Shown: positions 1 through 9,428 of the stretch, in pieces
Numbering within the stretch: the stretch's first letter is position 1
Layout of the letters: every line of letters starts with the position of its first letter
NCBI GenBank assembly: GCA_036821825.1
Contig: DAISIV010000040.1
Span: 39-32,038 of the forward strand
Length of the DNA stretch: 32,000 bases
Direction of reading: 5' to 3'
Source of the DNA: Deltaproteobacteria bacterium
GTDB taxonomy: Bacteria; Desulfobacterota; Desulfomonilia; Desulfomonilales; Desulfomonilaceae
The notes under the pieces: generated by a model
Database searches by the model: none
What the model saw: only the letters and a program-made list of their open reading frames with translations
Told to the model about the DNA's origin: nothing
Made by a program: the position numbers and the translations under genes

Positions 1-1294
1 AGTTGTTCGCATCGGTGTTGGAGGTAGTAGGTCCCAGGACGGCCACAGTAAATTTGCCGGGACTCAGCATCTCTGAGGCGTAATCGGAGAGTTCGGAAGC
101 CGAAACCTTGTCTATATCCGATATGATTTTTTCTATCGAGACGTGTTCCCCAAAATAAATTTCACTCTTGGCCAGTCTGTTCATTCGAGCTTCCGATGAT
201 TCCATGGCCAGAATGATGCTGCCCTTTAACTGATTCTTTGCCAGTCTGACTTCCTCAGCCGTAATTGTTGAACCCAGGCTGATTGTGTATTCAGCTATGA
301 CCTCCATGAGTTCTTCAAAACGATCTGGCTCGCAGGCCGAATAAACTCCGAACATCCCAGTGTCTGAATAGGAAGACAGGAAAGAGTAAACATTGTAAGC
401 CAAGCCACGTTTTTCACGAACTTCCTGGAAGAGACGTGAACTCATCCCACCACCAAGAATGGTGTTCAAAATATAACCTGCATGCCGTCTGCCATCTACC
501 TGACTCGGGCCTTCGGAGGCCAGGCATAAATGAACCTGCTCAAGATCCTTGATTTCGACAATCTGGCCCGGGATTGTGACGGGTCTGACCAAAACACCCC
601 TCGGCGCACATGCGTCCAAGCGACCAAACGTAGGAGAAACCAGTTTAACGAACTCTTCATGATCAACTTGGCCCGCAGCGCAAATAAACGTCTGATCAGG
701 CCTGTAATTGTTGCCTTTGAAAGAGGTTAACGAATCACGGTCTATGCACATTATGCTCGGAACAAATCCTAGAATAGGCTGCCCGAGTGGATCGTCCTTC
801 CAGAAATTCATACTGAGCATTTCATGAATCAATTCTTCAGGGGTATCGTCCTGTTGCCTGATTTCCTGACAGATCACATCCTTCTCTCGCTCTATCTCAT
901 CTTCAGGGAATATTGATTCCAGATAAATATCATTCAACAGGTCCGTGGCTAACTCGAGATGCTCAGACATCACCCTGCAGTAGAAAGATGTGAGTTCCTT
1001 ACTGGTAAAGGCATTTAGGGCCCCTCCCACAGCGTCAATCTCTTTGGCAATCTGTAACGCAGATCGGCGATTGGTTCCCTTGAAAAGCATGTGTTCAATA
1101 AAGTGAGAAATACCGTTCAGCTTCTGATTTTCAAGCCTCGAACCGCATCTCACCCATATACCAATGGAAACAGACCTCATGTAAGGGATGTTTTCCGTAA
1201 CTATCCTAACCCCATTGTCAAGTATTGTCTTCTTATAGAGGGATAGGTCGCTAGAACCGTTTGTACAAGAGTGCAGAGCAGGAGGTTGGGTCAT
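1..1294 (-). CDS. M16 family zinc metallopeptidase (insulinase/PqqL/YmxG-like); C-terminal end runs off the window
   Basis: Absent from the supplied track because it has no stop inside the window. My manual minus-strand translation starts at the ATG at 1294-1292, which is preceded in frame by TAA. It reads MTQPPALHSCTNGSSDLSLYKKTILDNGVRIVTENIPYMRSVSIGIWVRCGSRLENQKLNGISHFIEHMLFKGTNRRSALQIAKEIDAVGGALNAFTSKE... and stays open to position 2. The inverted zinc motif HxxEH (HFIEH) lies at 1091-1105. An M16 peptidase directly downstream of pnp is common synteny. Confidence 0.85.
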   Translation of the reverse strand, partial: MTQPPALHSCTNGSSDLSLYKKTILDNGVRIVTENIPYMRSVSIGIWVRCGSRLENQKLNGISHFIEHMLFKGTNRRSALQIAKEIDAVGGALNAFTSKELTSFYCRVMSEHLELATDLLNDIYLESIFPEDEIEREKDVICQEIRQQDDTPEELIHEMLSMNFWKDDPLGQPILGFVPSIMCIDRDSLTSFKGNNYRPDQTFICAAGQVDHEEFVKLVSPTFGRLDACAPRGVLVRPVTIPGQIVEIKDLEQVHLCLASEGPSQVDGRRHAGYILNTILGGGMSSRLFQEVREKRGLAYNVYSFLSSYSDTGMFGVYSACEPDRFEELMEVIAEYTISLGSTITAEEVRLAKNQLKGSIILAMESSEARMNRLAKSEIYFGEHVSIEKIISDIDKVSASELSDYASEMLSPGKFTVAVLGPTTSNTDANN

Positions 1295-1411
1295 TTAGTT
1301 GGACGGGATTCCTTATCTTTTTGAGGGTTCATCGCACGAAAACCATGTTTCACATGATTTCATGCGACGAAAAATCACTCGTTAGCAGTATGTTCTTGAG
1401 ACGAATAAGAC

Positions 1412-3499
1412 TTAATCAGCTTGCTGTCCTTCAGCGTCCTTCTTGGAAAGCTTAATCTTGCCTTGGGCGTCTATTCCAATTACCTTTACAGGGAATGAAT
1501 CGCCCTCTCTCACTACATCAGAAACCTTGCGAACACGCTCATTTGCAAGTTGAGAAATGTGGACCAGCCCGTCAGTTCCCGGGAATATCTCCACAAAGGC
1601 CCCGAAATCGGTGATTTTACGGACAGTGCCCATGTAAACCTTCCCGACTTCTGCTTCTTGGGTGATACTCTTGATGGCGTTCTTGGCCTCTTCAGCCCCG
1701 CTTGCGTCAACCGAGGCGATGACAACTTTTCCTGTATCGTCCACCTCGATCTTGGTGCCGGTCTCTTCCTGAATACCCCTGATGATTTTGCCTCCCGGTC
1801 CGATGATGTCCCTGATTTTCTCCGGATTGACATACATGACATAAATGCGCGGGGCGTATGGTGATATTTCTTCCCGAGGCTTGGATATGGTTTCAAGCAT
1901 CCTGTCCAGGATGTGCCGCCTTCCATCGCGTGCCTGGTAAAGGGCGTTGGTAAGGATGTCCTTGGTTATGCCCTGAATCTTTATGTCCATCTGTAGTGCC
2001 GTTATTCCATCACGGGTTCCAGTAACCTTGAAATCCATGTCACCATGATGATCTTCGTCACCGATTATGTCAGATACCACGACGGTCTTGTCGGAACCTT
2101 TGAAAAGCCCCATGGCTATACCCGAAACCGGTTCCTTGATCGGCACACCGGCGTCCATAAGAGAAAGTGATGAGCCACAGACAGTCGCCATCGAGGATGA
2201 CCCGTTGGATTCAAGTATCTCTGATACCACCCTTATGGTGTAGGGAAAGTCTTCATCATCCGGCAGCAGGTAAGCCACTGCGCGCTCTGCCAAGGCGCCA
2301 TGGCCGACTTCTCTTCTGGATGGGCCGCGCAGGAATTTTACCTCTCCAACCGAAAACGGAGGGAATTTGTAATGCAGCATGAACGACTTGAAGCTAGCGC
2401 CTTCCAGAGCCTCTATCTTCTGCTCATCCGAGGATGTGCCCAAGGTGACAATGACCAGGGCCTGGGTCTCACCCCTAGTGAAAAGGGCGCTACCGTGCGT
2501 CCGCGGAAGAACGCCAATTTCGCATGAAATATCACGGATCTGATCAAACGCTCGCCCACCGATGCGAATACCTTCATCCAGGATCATCCCCCTGACAGCC
2601 TCTCCCTCGAGAGTTTCCAGGTAGCCGTAAATTTCCCCCTTGCGCTCTTTACCTTCATCACCCAGGGAGTCCACTACTGACTCATACAATTCACTCAATT
2701 CTGAACGACGCTCAAGCTTTGCGCCGATATTAAGCTTTTCCCTGATCCTTGGGCCCCATTCCTGCCTGATTTTGCTTATAAGTTCAGCATCCTCAACCGG
2801 AGGAAAAGTCTCTCTTTTGGGCTTTCCACATTGAGCGCGCAAATCATCCTGAGCTGCAACTATTTTAAGTATTTCTTCATAGCCTATGTAAATGGCGTCG
2901 AGGATTGCTTCTTCAGAAACCCTGTCAAAACCTCCCTCCACCATGACAATACCTTCTCTCGAACCTACTACTATCAGGTTGAGATCAGAATATGTGTCTT
3001 CCATTGAGGAGGGGTTTATGATGAGGTTCCCATCTACTCTACCAATCCTGACAGCGCCAATGGGACCTCCAAAGGGAATGTCAGATATGTGCAGAGCCGC
3101 GGAAGCTCCATTGATAGCCATCATGTCGGGTTCGTTTTCACCATCGGAAGACAGGACCGTGGCAATGATTTGGGTTTCGGCAGTGAATCCGTCCGGGAAA
3201 AGTGGCCTGATAGGCCGATCAATAAACCTCGCGGTTAATATCTCCTTCTCGGTCGGACGACCTTCCCTCTTGAAAAATCCCCCAGGAATCTTTCCCGCAG
3301 CATAGGTCATTTCAAGGTAGTCTACGGTAAGAGGAAAAAAATCAATTCCTTCTCTACCTTTCTTTTCAGCAACCGCTGTAACTAATACTACTGTTTCTCC
3401 AGACTGGACAAGAACCGAACCCGAGGCCTGCTTGGCAACGCGCCCGGTCTCAAACGTGATCTGTTTGCTGGAGACATCACAGCTAGATCTATACGCCAT
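1412..3499 (-). CDS. pnp: Polyribonucleotide nucleotidyltransferase (PNPase)
   Basis: 695 aa ORF. It has the typical N-terminus (ITFETGRVAKQASGSVLV), two RNase PH-like halves, a KH region (IRDIIGPGGKIIRGIQEETG) and a C-terminal S1 domain (GKVYMGTVRKITDFGAFVEIFPGTDGLVHISQL). It lies directly downstream of rpsO. Confidence 0.97.
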   Translation of the reverse strand: MAYRSSCDVSSKQITFETGRVAKQASGSVLVQSGETVVLVTAVAEKKGREGIDFFPLTVDYLEMTYAAGKIPGGFFKREGRPTEKEILTARFIDRPIRPLFPDGFTAETQIIATVLSSDGENEPDMMAINGASAALHISDIPFGGPIGAVRIGRVDGNLIINPSSMEDTYSDLNLIVVGSREGIVMVEGGFDRVSEEAILDAIYIGYEEILKIVAAQDDLRAQCGKPKRETFPPVEDAELISKIRQEWGPRIREKLNIGAKLERRSELSELYESVVDSLGDEGKERKGEIYGYLETLEGEAVRGMILDEGIRIGGRAFDQIRDISCEIGVLPRTHGSALFTRGETQALVIVTLGTSSDEQKIEALEGASFKSFMLHYKFPPFSVGEVKFLRGPSRREVGHGALAERAVAYLLPDDEDFPYTIRVVSEILESNGSSSMATVCGSSLSLMDAGVPIKEPVSGIAMGLFKGSDKTVVVSDIIGDEDHHGDMDFKVTGTRDGITALQMDIKIQGITKDILTNALYQARDGRRHILDRMLETISKPREEISPYAPRIYVMYVNPEKIRDIIGPGGKIIRGIQEETGTKIEVDDTGKVVIASVDASGAEEAKNAIKSITQEAEVGKVYMGTVRKITDFGAFVEIFPGTDGLVHISQLANERVRKVSDVVREGDSFPVKVIGIDAQGKIKLSKKDAEGQQAD

Positions 3500-3569
3500 T
3501 TTTTAATTATTCCTCTTTCCCCGATATACTACAAATCAACAACTGCCCCCCTATTGATGGACAGGCAAT

Positions 3570-3839
3570 TTATTTCCTTATGCCCAACTCACCAATAATG
3601 GTCTTGTAACGGTCTACGTTCTTTGTTTTCAGATAATCAAGAAGCCTACGGCGCTGACCAACAAGTTTGAGCAAGCCCCTGCGAGAATGGTGGTCCTTTT
3701 TATGAACTTTGAAATGTTCCGTAAGATAACCGATCCTCTCGCTTAACAAGGCTATTTGGACTTCAGGCGAGCCAGTGTCCTTCTCGTGAATTTTGAACCT
3801 CTCGATGATTGTTTTTTTCTTTTCAGCGGGAAATGCCAA
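3570..3839 (-). CDS. rpsO: 30S ribosomal protein S15
   Basis: 89 aa with the S15 signature [51 protein letters not shown] start with AGGAGG about 10 nt upstream on the minus strand. Classical rpsO-pnp pair. Confidence 0.95.
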   Translation of the reverse strand: MAFPAEKKKTIIERFKIHEKDTGSPEVQIALLSERIGYLTEHFKVHKKDHHSRRGLLKLVGQRRRLLDYLKTKNVDRYKTIIGELGIRK

Positions 3840-4310
3840 CTCTCTTTTTCCTCCTGACAGTCATTGAGCTATCTTGTAGCTTAATCAAATAGTAATACCA
3901 CATGAAGACTGGCAAGTAAACATAATGGAAACAAAGTTTTTTCCTTTTGATCAGATATGTGTTTACAGAGCCTTCCGTCGGGTAGTAATCGTCAACCAAC
4001 CATAAAATACGCAAGTTTTTAAAAAAGTTTCAGCATGCACGCGTGATGTTTGTTCGGCAAAGGTATAAACAAATGTCGGGACTGGAAGATGAATCCAAAA
4101 AGCCCCGCAAACAACTTGCGGTTTGCGCAGCAACTGGCCAGAAGATATTCATGGCCTTAAACAACTGTCCTCTGATATTCCTGCCGTCCGGAATGTCATA
4201 GAGATGGAAGCCAATTTTTTGGCGTGCAACATGATCATTGGTTTACTCATAAGAGTTAATCTTTTCACGAGTCATCACAATGCCAGATTCTATAGATAGA
4301 CGAGGCTAAC

Positions 4311-5444
4311 GTGTCATCAAGCGGACCCGTTCAAAAAAAACCCGGATTTTTTGCGAAGCTCAGGATTCCCAAGAACCTGAACAAACGCAATATTATCATT
4401 TTTTCTGGTGCGATGGCACTTCTCATCGGACTTGTCGGTTATTTTGTTTATCAGTCTTCAGGGTCGAGCAGATCCAAAGCCAAGCTGAATACATCCAAAG
4501 TTGTGCGACGGGACCTCGGCGCTACAGTTCAAGCCACAGGAATAGTCAAGCCTATGGTTGGCTCTGAAGTCAAAGTGGGGGCGAGGACCCCTGGCAAGGT
4601 CATAGAATTGCCAATCAATGTTGGTCAGCAGGTCAAGGAAGGTGAGGTAATAGCGAGGCTTGAGCAGGATGACCTGGCGGCTAAAGTAAAGCTCCAGGAA
4701 GCGATCCTCGCAGAGGCCCGGGCGGAAATGGAACGGGTTGTCAAAGATATAGAACGGGAAAAGCCGCTCATCGAAAAGGGCGTTGTTTCTCAGCAAACAT
4801 TTGACAAAACGACTTCCAATTACGAAATGGCTGTTGCGCGTCATGACAAGGCCAAGGCCGAACTTTTGTATGCCAGGGCAATGCTCTCATACGCCACCAT
4901 TACAGCGCCCATAAAGGGTGTGGTAGCCTCCGTCAATACCATTCAGGGAGAAACCGTCACCACTGGCCTGAATGCCCCTACGTTCATAAAGATCATCGAT
5001 CTGGATCGCCTCGAGGTTCAGGCCTATGTCGATGAAAATGACATAGGCAAGGTCAAGGTCGGACAGGAATCTATTTTTACGGTCGCTTCACACCCGGGTG
5101 AGGATTTCAAGGGAACTGTAACTTCCATCTATCCCTCAGCCACCATACAGGACAATGTCGTCTATTACATAACAACCGTCAGCGTTGATAACTCTGAGGG
5201 GAAGCTTCGGCCCGACATGACAGCGAATGTGATCATTTTCCTGGATCAGAGGAAAGGGGCGCTTACTGTTCCAAACAGGGCGATACAGCGGGAAGGTTCT
5301 CGCAAGTTCGTTTTCCTGATGGAAAATGGCGCCATGGAGAGAAGGTACGTGAATACTGGATGGAAAGACGGTTCCTACACGGAAATTCTTGACGGCCTCA
5401 GAGAAGGCAATGTTGTGGTGGTAGGGGATATCCCCAAGAAATAG
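4311..5444 (+). CDS. HlyD/MacA-family periplasmic adaptor (membrane fusion protein) of the ABC efflux system
   Basis: 377 aa. It has an N-terminal membrane anchor (IIIFSGAMALLIGLVGYFVY) and a lipoyl-like hairpin (PGKVIELPINVGQQVKEGEVIARLE). A coiled-coil segment follows, then the second lipoyl half and beta-barrel (ITAPIKGVVASVNTIQGETV...LEVQAYVDENDIGKVKVGQ). GTG start with GAGG upstream. First gene of a 4-gene same-strand cluster. Confidence 0.85.
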   Translation: MSSSGPVQKKPGFFAKLRIPKNLNKRNIIIFSGAMALLIGLVGYFVYQSSGSSRSKAKLNTSKVVRRDLGATVQATGIVKPMVGSEVKVGARTPGKVIELPINVGQQVKEGEVIARLEQDDLAAKVKLQEAILAEARAEMERVVKDIEREKPLIEKGVVSQQTFDKTTSNYEMAVARHDKAKAELLYARAMLSYATITAPIKGVVASVNTIQGETVTTGLNAPTFIKIIDLDRLEVQAYVDENDIGKVKVGQESIFTVASHPGEDFKGTVTSIYPSATIQDNVVYYITTVSVDNSEGKLRPDMTANVIIFLDQRKGALTVPNRAIQREGSRKFVFLMENGAMERRYVNTGWKDGSYTEILDGLREGNVVVVGDIPKK

Positions 5445-5476
5445 CCTTATTGTAAGATTCTCAATGGAGTTTTAGC

Positions 5477-6175
5477 ATGATCAATGTCCAAAATCTGTCC
5501 AAAGTTTTTAACAAGGACGGGGTAGAGGTTGAAGTTCTGAAGGACATTAACCTAACGATAGAAAAGGGAGAGTTCGTCTCCATAATGGCCCCGTCCGGAA
5601 TGGGCAAGAGCACTTTTCTAAACATATTGGGCTGTCTGGACAAGCCGTCTTCCGGATCTTATACGCTGGACGGATCCCCCGTGCAGAATATGGAGGATGA
5701 CGAACTTTCCCAGGTTCGTAACAGCAAGTTGGGATATGTTTTCCAGTCATTTCACCTTCTGCCGCGTATGACAGCCTGGGAAAACGTCATACTTCCCCTG
5801 ATTTACAGCGATGATGACTCGGACATGAAAGAAAAGGCTGTTGAAGTACTTAATTCGGTAGGGCTCGGGGATCGTATCAACCATCTGCCCAGAGAACTTT
5901 CCGGGGGACAACAGCAACGCGTCGCTATTGCCAGAGCGCTTATCAACAATCCGAGAATAATTTTTGCGGACGAGCCGACAGGAAACCTGGATTCAAGTTC
6001 AAGCGCCGAAGTAATGGATATTTTTAGAACTCTCCATGCTCAGGGTAGAACACTTGTAGTGGTCACTCACGATCCTGATGTTGGGTCCCAGGCAGACCGA
6101 ATGATCGAAATGAAAGATGGCCGCATATCTTCGGATAGACCCACCAGGTCTCTTTCAGAGGAGAACGCTAAATGA
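5477..6175 (+). CDS. ABC transporter ATP-binding protein (MacB/LolD-type, stand-alone NBD)
   Basis: 232 aa. Walker A is APSGMGKST, ABC signature LSGGQQQRVAIARAL, Walker B IIFADEPTGNLD, and H-loop VVVTHD. The stop overlaps the next start (ATGA at 6172-6175), suggesting translational coupling. Confidence 0.93.
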   Translation: MINVQNLSKVFNKDGVEVEVLKDINLTIEKGEFVSIMAPSGMGKSTFLNILGCLDKPSSGSYTLDGSPVQNMEDDELSQVRNSKLGYVFQSFHLLPRMTAWENVILPLIYSDDDSDMKEKAVEVLNSVGLGDRINHLPRELSGGQQQRVAIARALINNPRIIFADEPTGNLDSSSSAEVMDIFRTLHAQGRTLVVVTHDPDVGSQADRMIEMKDGRISSDRPTRSLSEENAK

Positions 6176-7380
6176 GAATTATCAGGATGGCCTCCCAGGC
6201 GCTGCAGGCAATGAAAGACAATAAGGTTAGATCGTTTCTAATGATGCTGGGGGTCATAATAGGAGTGGCTACCCTGACGATAATAACCTCGTCTGTCATG
6301 GGGGCGCGTAGTCAGGTGATGTCGCGTGTTGAGAGGTTTGGGCTGGATCAGATAATGGTCATGGCCGGCGCAGGCCGAAAACCAGGAGTCCCCCAACCTA
6401 CCCCGACTACCCTAAAAGTAGAGGACGCCAATGCCGTCCTGTCTGAAATCTCGAACGTGAAAGATGTCACTCCTCAGATCAATCGCCGTGACATACCCAT
6501 AAAGTATCAGAACAAGAACTCCTATGCAGTAATAGTGGCGACCAACCCAAACTGGTCCGAAATATGGAACACCCAGGCAGAGAACGGTCGCTTTTTAAAC
6601 GAATCCGAGGTTGCGCGTCTCAGCAGGGTGGCTGTCATCGGACAGACCCTGGTAAATGACCTGTTTGAGGGGGAAGACCCGGTTGGTAAACAGATAAATG
6701 TTGCCAACAATCCTTTTGAGATCATTGGTGTCCTTGAAAAAAAAGGTTCATCACCGACGGGCCTGGATTTAGATTCACGCCTAATCATCCCCCTGACTAC
6801 CGGAATGAAACGTGTCTTCAATCAGGATTACATCACAAACATCAAGATTGTGGTCAATGACACCTCCCGGATGGGGGATACTGTAAATGATGTGAAAATG
6901 TTGCTTCGGGAAAGGCATAATTTGGCTCCTGGTGTAGAGGATGACTTCACCATTGTGACACCCACCCTGGTTATGGCCCTGGCTTCAAAGGTCGCTTCAA
7001 CATTCAGCATTTTTCTCATACTTGTTTCACTGGTTTCACTAGTGGTTGGAGCAGTGGTGATAGCCAACATAATGTTCATATCTGTTAATGAGAGGAAATC
7101 TGAAATAGGTATTCGAAGAGCGGTTGGAGCCACTAAAAAAGACGTATTGGCCCAATTCCTTATCGAGTCGGTTACCGTTTCCGCCTTGGGCGGTCTTATA
7201 GGGGCCGTGCTGGGCGTCATCACACTAAACCTTTTGTCCACGTTCTCCAAGATGCAATCTGGCGCTATCCTGATGCCGATAATCATTGCTATTACCTGCG
7301 CAATAATTGTGGGATTGCTGGCCGGAATCCAGCCTGCCAGAAAGGCTTCAAACCTGGACCCGATTGAAGCCCTTAAATGA
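6172..7380 (+). CDS. ABC transporter permease, MacB periplasmic-core plus FtsX domain (paralog 1)
   Basis: 402 aa. N-terminal TM helix, then a roughly 220 aa periplasmic domain. C-terminal FtsX 3-TM bundle with the conserved cytoplasmic motif ERKSEIGIRRAVGATKKDVLAQFLIES and the C-terminal PARKASNLDPIEALK. Confidence 0.9.
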   Translation: MRIIRMASQALQAMKDNKVRSFLMMLGVIIGVATLTIITSSVMGARSQVMSRVERFGLDQIMVMAGAGRKPGVPQPTPTTLKVEDANAVLSEISNVKDVTPQINRRDIPIKYQNKNSYAVIVATNPNWSEIWNTQAENGRFLNESEVARLSRVAVIGQTLVNDLFEGEDPVGKQINVANNPFEIIGVLEKKGSSPTGLDLDSRLIIPLTTGMKRVFNQDYITNIKIVVNDTSRMGDTVNDVKMLLRERHNLAPGVEDDFTIVTPTLVMALASKVASTFSIFLILVSLVSLVVGAVVIANIMFISVNERKSEIGIRRAVGATKKDVLAQFLIESVTVSALGGLIGAVLGVITLNLLSTFSKMQSGAILMPIIIAITCAIIVGLLAGIQPARKASNLDPIEALK

Positions 7381-7441
7381 ACTGGATCAGATTGACCCGG
7401 CAAGAGAATATTTTCGCACACCGTGGGGTGACATTTTATAA

Positions 7442-8665
7442 GTGATGAGGTCATTCAGAGGCATAAGTATAGCTCTCAAGTCACTGACTGCTCACAAGCT
7501 GCGCGTCGCCTTAGCCCTGCTAGCCATCATGATCGGTGTCGCCTCCGTGACTGTGATGGTCGGCATTGGCAAGGGCGCTGAGGACGAAGTTAGGCGAAAA
7601 ATCCAGGGGATGGGGACCAATCTGGTGATGGTGAGCGCTGGAATCTCCAGAAGTGTTAAGGGGCAGATTGGGCAGATTGGCCTTATGACTACTCTAACTC
7701 AGGGTGACGTTAGAACCATCCAGGAGGAGTGCCCGGACGTGGTAAGGGCTGCGCCTGCGTTTTCCAGAAAAGTTCTCGTGAAACATGAAAATATTTCATA
7801 TTCCACCAGAGTCGTGGGCTCTGTGCCCTCCTTCATGCAAATCAAGAATGTCTACATGGACCAAGGGTCCTTTTTCGACGATGATGACGTCAGACTGATG
7901 TCGACCGTCGCGGTGATAGGCCCGACCGTGGTCAGGAATCTTTTTCCGGATAAGCATCCCATAGGTGAAGGAATACGCATTGGAAAGGTGTTGTTCAAAG
8001 TCATCGGGGTAACCGCATCAAAGGGGGACTTTGGTGGTGAGGACGAAGACGATCAAATTTTCATCCCGCTTCGTACCGCAATGAATAAACTGTTCAATGT
8101 GACTTACCTTAGCCATATTTACCTGGAAGCTCGTAGCTTTGAAGAAACGTCACTGGTGCAGGCTCAGGTCAAGGCTCTACTGAGGGAACGCCATCGGTTG
8201 AGACATGATGTGGCTGACGACTTTACAATACAAAACCAGGCTGATGTTGTTGAGGCCGAAAGCTCTGTGGCCAAAACTTTCAGTCTGCTGGTTATTGCTA
8301 TAGCCTCTGTCTCGATGCTCATAGGCGGAGTGGGAATACTCGGGGTGATGCTGCTGTCGGTCAAGGAGCGGGTCTCGGAAATTGGCGTCAGAAGAGCTGT
8401 GGGCGCTCGCCGTAAAGACATATTGATTCAGTTTCTTGTGGAGTCCTCATTCCTGGGGATAATCGGAGGTCTGGCCGGAATTGCAACGGGTTTGATAGCC
8501 TCGCAGTTGTTGAAATTCCTTTCAGGAATGCCTGTGGTATTGTCGCTGAATTACATGATCGCCTCCTTGATATTTTCGGTACTGGTCGGACTGGCTTTCG
8601 GCATTTACCCGGCGTGGAAAGCCGCAGGACTGGATCCCATCCAGGCGCTTAACTCAAAGACATAA
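7442..8665 (+). CDS. ABC transporter permease, MacB periplasmic-core plus FtsX domain (paralog 2)
   Basis: 407 aa with the same architecture as the upstream gene (ERVSEIGVRRAVGARRKDILIQFLVES; PAWKAAGLDPIQAL). The start is ambiguous between GTG 7442 and ATG 7445. Confidence 0.9.
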   Translation: MMRSFRGISIALKSLTAHKLRVALALLAIMIGVASVTVMVGIGKGAEDEVRRKIQGMGTNLVMVSAGISRSVKGQIGQIGLMTTLTQGDVRTIQEECPDVVRAAPAFSRKVLVKHENISYSTRVVGSVPSFMQIKNVYMDQGSFFDDDDVRLMSTVAVIGPTVVRNLFPDKHPIGEGIRIGKVLFKVIGVTASKGDFGGEDEDDQIFIPLRTAMNKLFNVTYLSHIYLEARSFEETSLVQAQVKALLRERHRLRHDVADDFTIQNQADVVEAESSVAKTFSLLVIAIASVSMLIGGVGILGVMLLSVKERVSEIGVRRAVGARRKDILIQFLVESSFLGIIGGLAGIATGLIASQLLKFLSGMPVVLSLNYMIASLIFSVLVGLAFGIYPAWKAAGLDPIQALNSKT

Positions 8666-8666
8666 A

Positions 8667-9428
8667 TCAGGTGAGCCTTTCAAGGATCCAGAGACCTAAC
8701 TCTCTGAAGTCAAATCTGCTTTCACCTTCAAGATCCCTGGCTTGATTCTCCCGGTATACGATTCCAAACTGCCTGTCCATATTAACTTCATTATTCCTAC
8801 AGTAATTGGTGAGAGATGTCTTTGTCATGCTGCCAACCAGGCATGCGCCGACCGAGGATCCCCAGGCAAAATGAGGCCCGTCCCCTCCGCTGTCACCAAT
8901 AATCACAACCTTTGCAGCGGTTAAGCCCAATTTTTTCATGACTGAGTCAGTGTTTGAAGCCTTGTCTGAGGTTTCCAGGACTTGATACTGAAACCTGGGA
9001 TCTGTTTCGACACCCGCAAATTTTATGAACGGGTTGGAAGCCACTATTGGGGCCGGCGGAATGAGTTTGCGATCTATGATCCTCTGAAAGAAACCCTGAG
9101 CGCCTGTTGTGTTTATCATGAACAATATGTTTTTTGAAGCCAGCATCTCTATCATTTCGACGACACCGTTATAAATAGCGAAAGACGCGTCCAGATATGA
9201 GTCCATCTGTTCCGGGGAAAACGGTTTGGGAAGAATCCCGTTTATCTGTGAGACAGCCAGCGACAGAGGAATCTCATTTGATGTGTAACTCTTGAAAATC
9301 CTGTCGAGTTCTTTCTTGAGTTCCGGGTACAGGTAAGCTACCGGGTCAAATGGACCAGTAGGCGCCAGGCATTCATTCCAGTCTGAAGATACCAAACCAA
9401 TGTATTTCATTGTTCTATCCAAATCCAT
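8667..9428 (-). CDS. HAD-superfamily-like hydrolase-fold protein (function unknown)
   Basis: 253 aa. AAGGAG lies 7 nt upstream of the ATG at 9428. HAD-like motif order: motif I-like IGLVSSDWNECL, motif II FMINTTG, a Lys region, and motif IV VVIIGDSGGDG. Motif I is not canonical DxDxT. The call is by motif pattern only. Confidence 0.5.
   Translation of the reverse strand: MDLDRTMKYIGLVSSDWNECLAPTGPFDPVAYLYPELKKELDRIFKSYTSNEIPLSLAVSQINGILPKPFSPEQMDSYLDASFAIYNGVVEMIEMLASKNILFMINTTGAQGFFQRIIDRKLIPPAPIVASNPFIKFAGVETDPRFQYQVLETSDKASNTDSVMKKLGLTAAKVVIIGDSGGDGPHFAWGSSVGACLVGSMTKTSLTNYCRNNEVNMDRQFGIVYRENQARDLEGESRFDFRELGLWILERLT

Noticed and set aside
1513-3305. Several track ORFs (1513-1926 -, 1550-1864 +, 2167-2527 +, 2640-2834 +, 2892-3305 +) lie inside or antisense to pnp.
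   Set aside because: They lie entirely within the well-supported 695 aa PNPase frame. Their translations are low-complexity or Arg/Ser/Pro-rich shadow frames with no recognisable motifs.
3823-4014. 63 aa minus-strand ORF overlapping the rpsO start.
   Set aside because: It overlaps the rpsO RBS and start. The translation (MRILWLVDDYYPTEGSVNTYLIKRKKLCFHYVYL...) looks like AT-rich promoter DNA read as protein, and it has no RBS.
6828-7454. 208 aa ORF antisense to the first FtsX permease.
   Set aside because: It is a long antisense shadow of a strongly supported membrane-protein gene. It has no motifs and spans the permease stop and intergenic region.
7661-7678. Tandem 9 bp duplication GGGCAGATT x2 (encodes GQIGQIG).
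   Set aside because: It is a single in-frame duplication inside the periplasmic domain of the permease. It is too short to be a repeat element and is probably a trivial slippage event.
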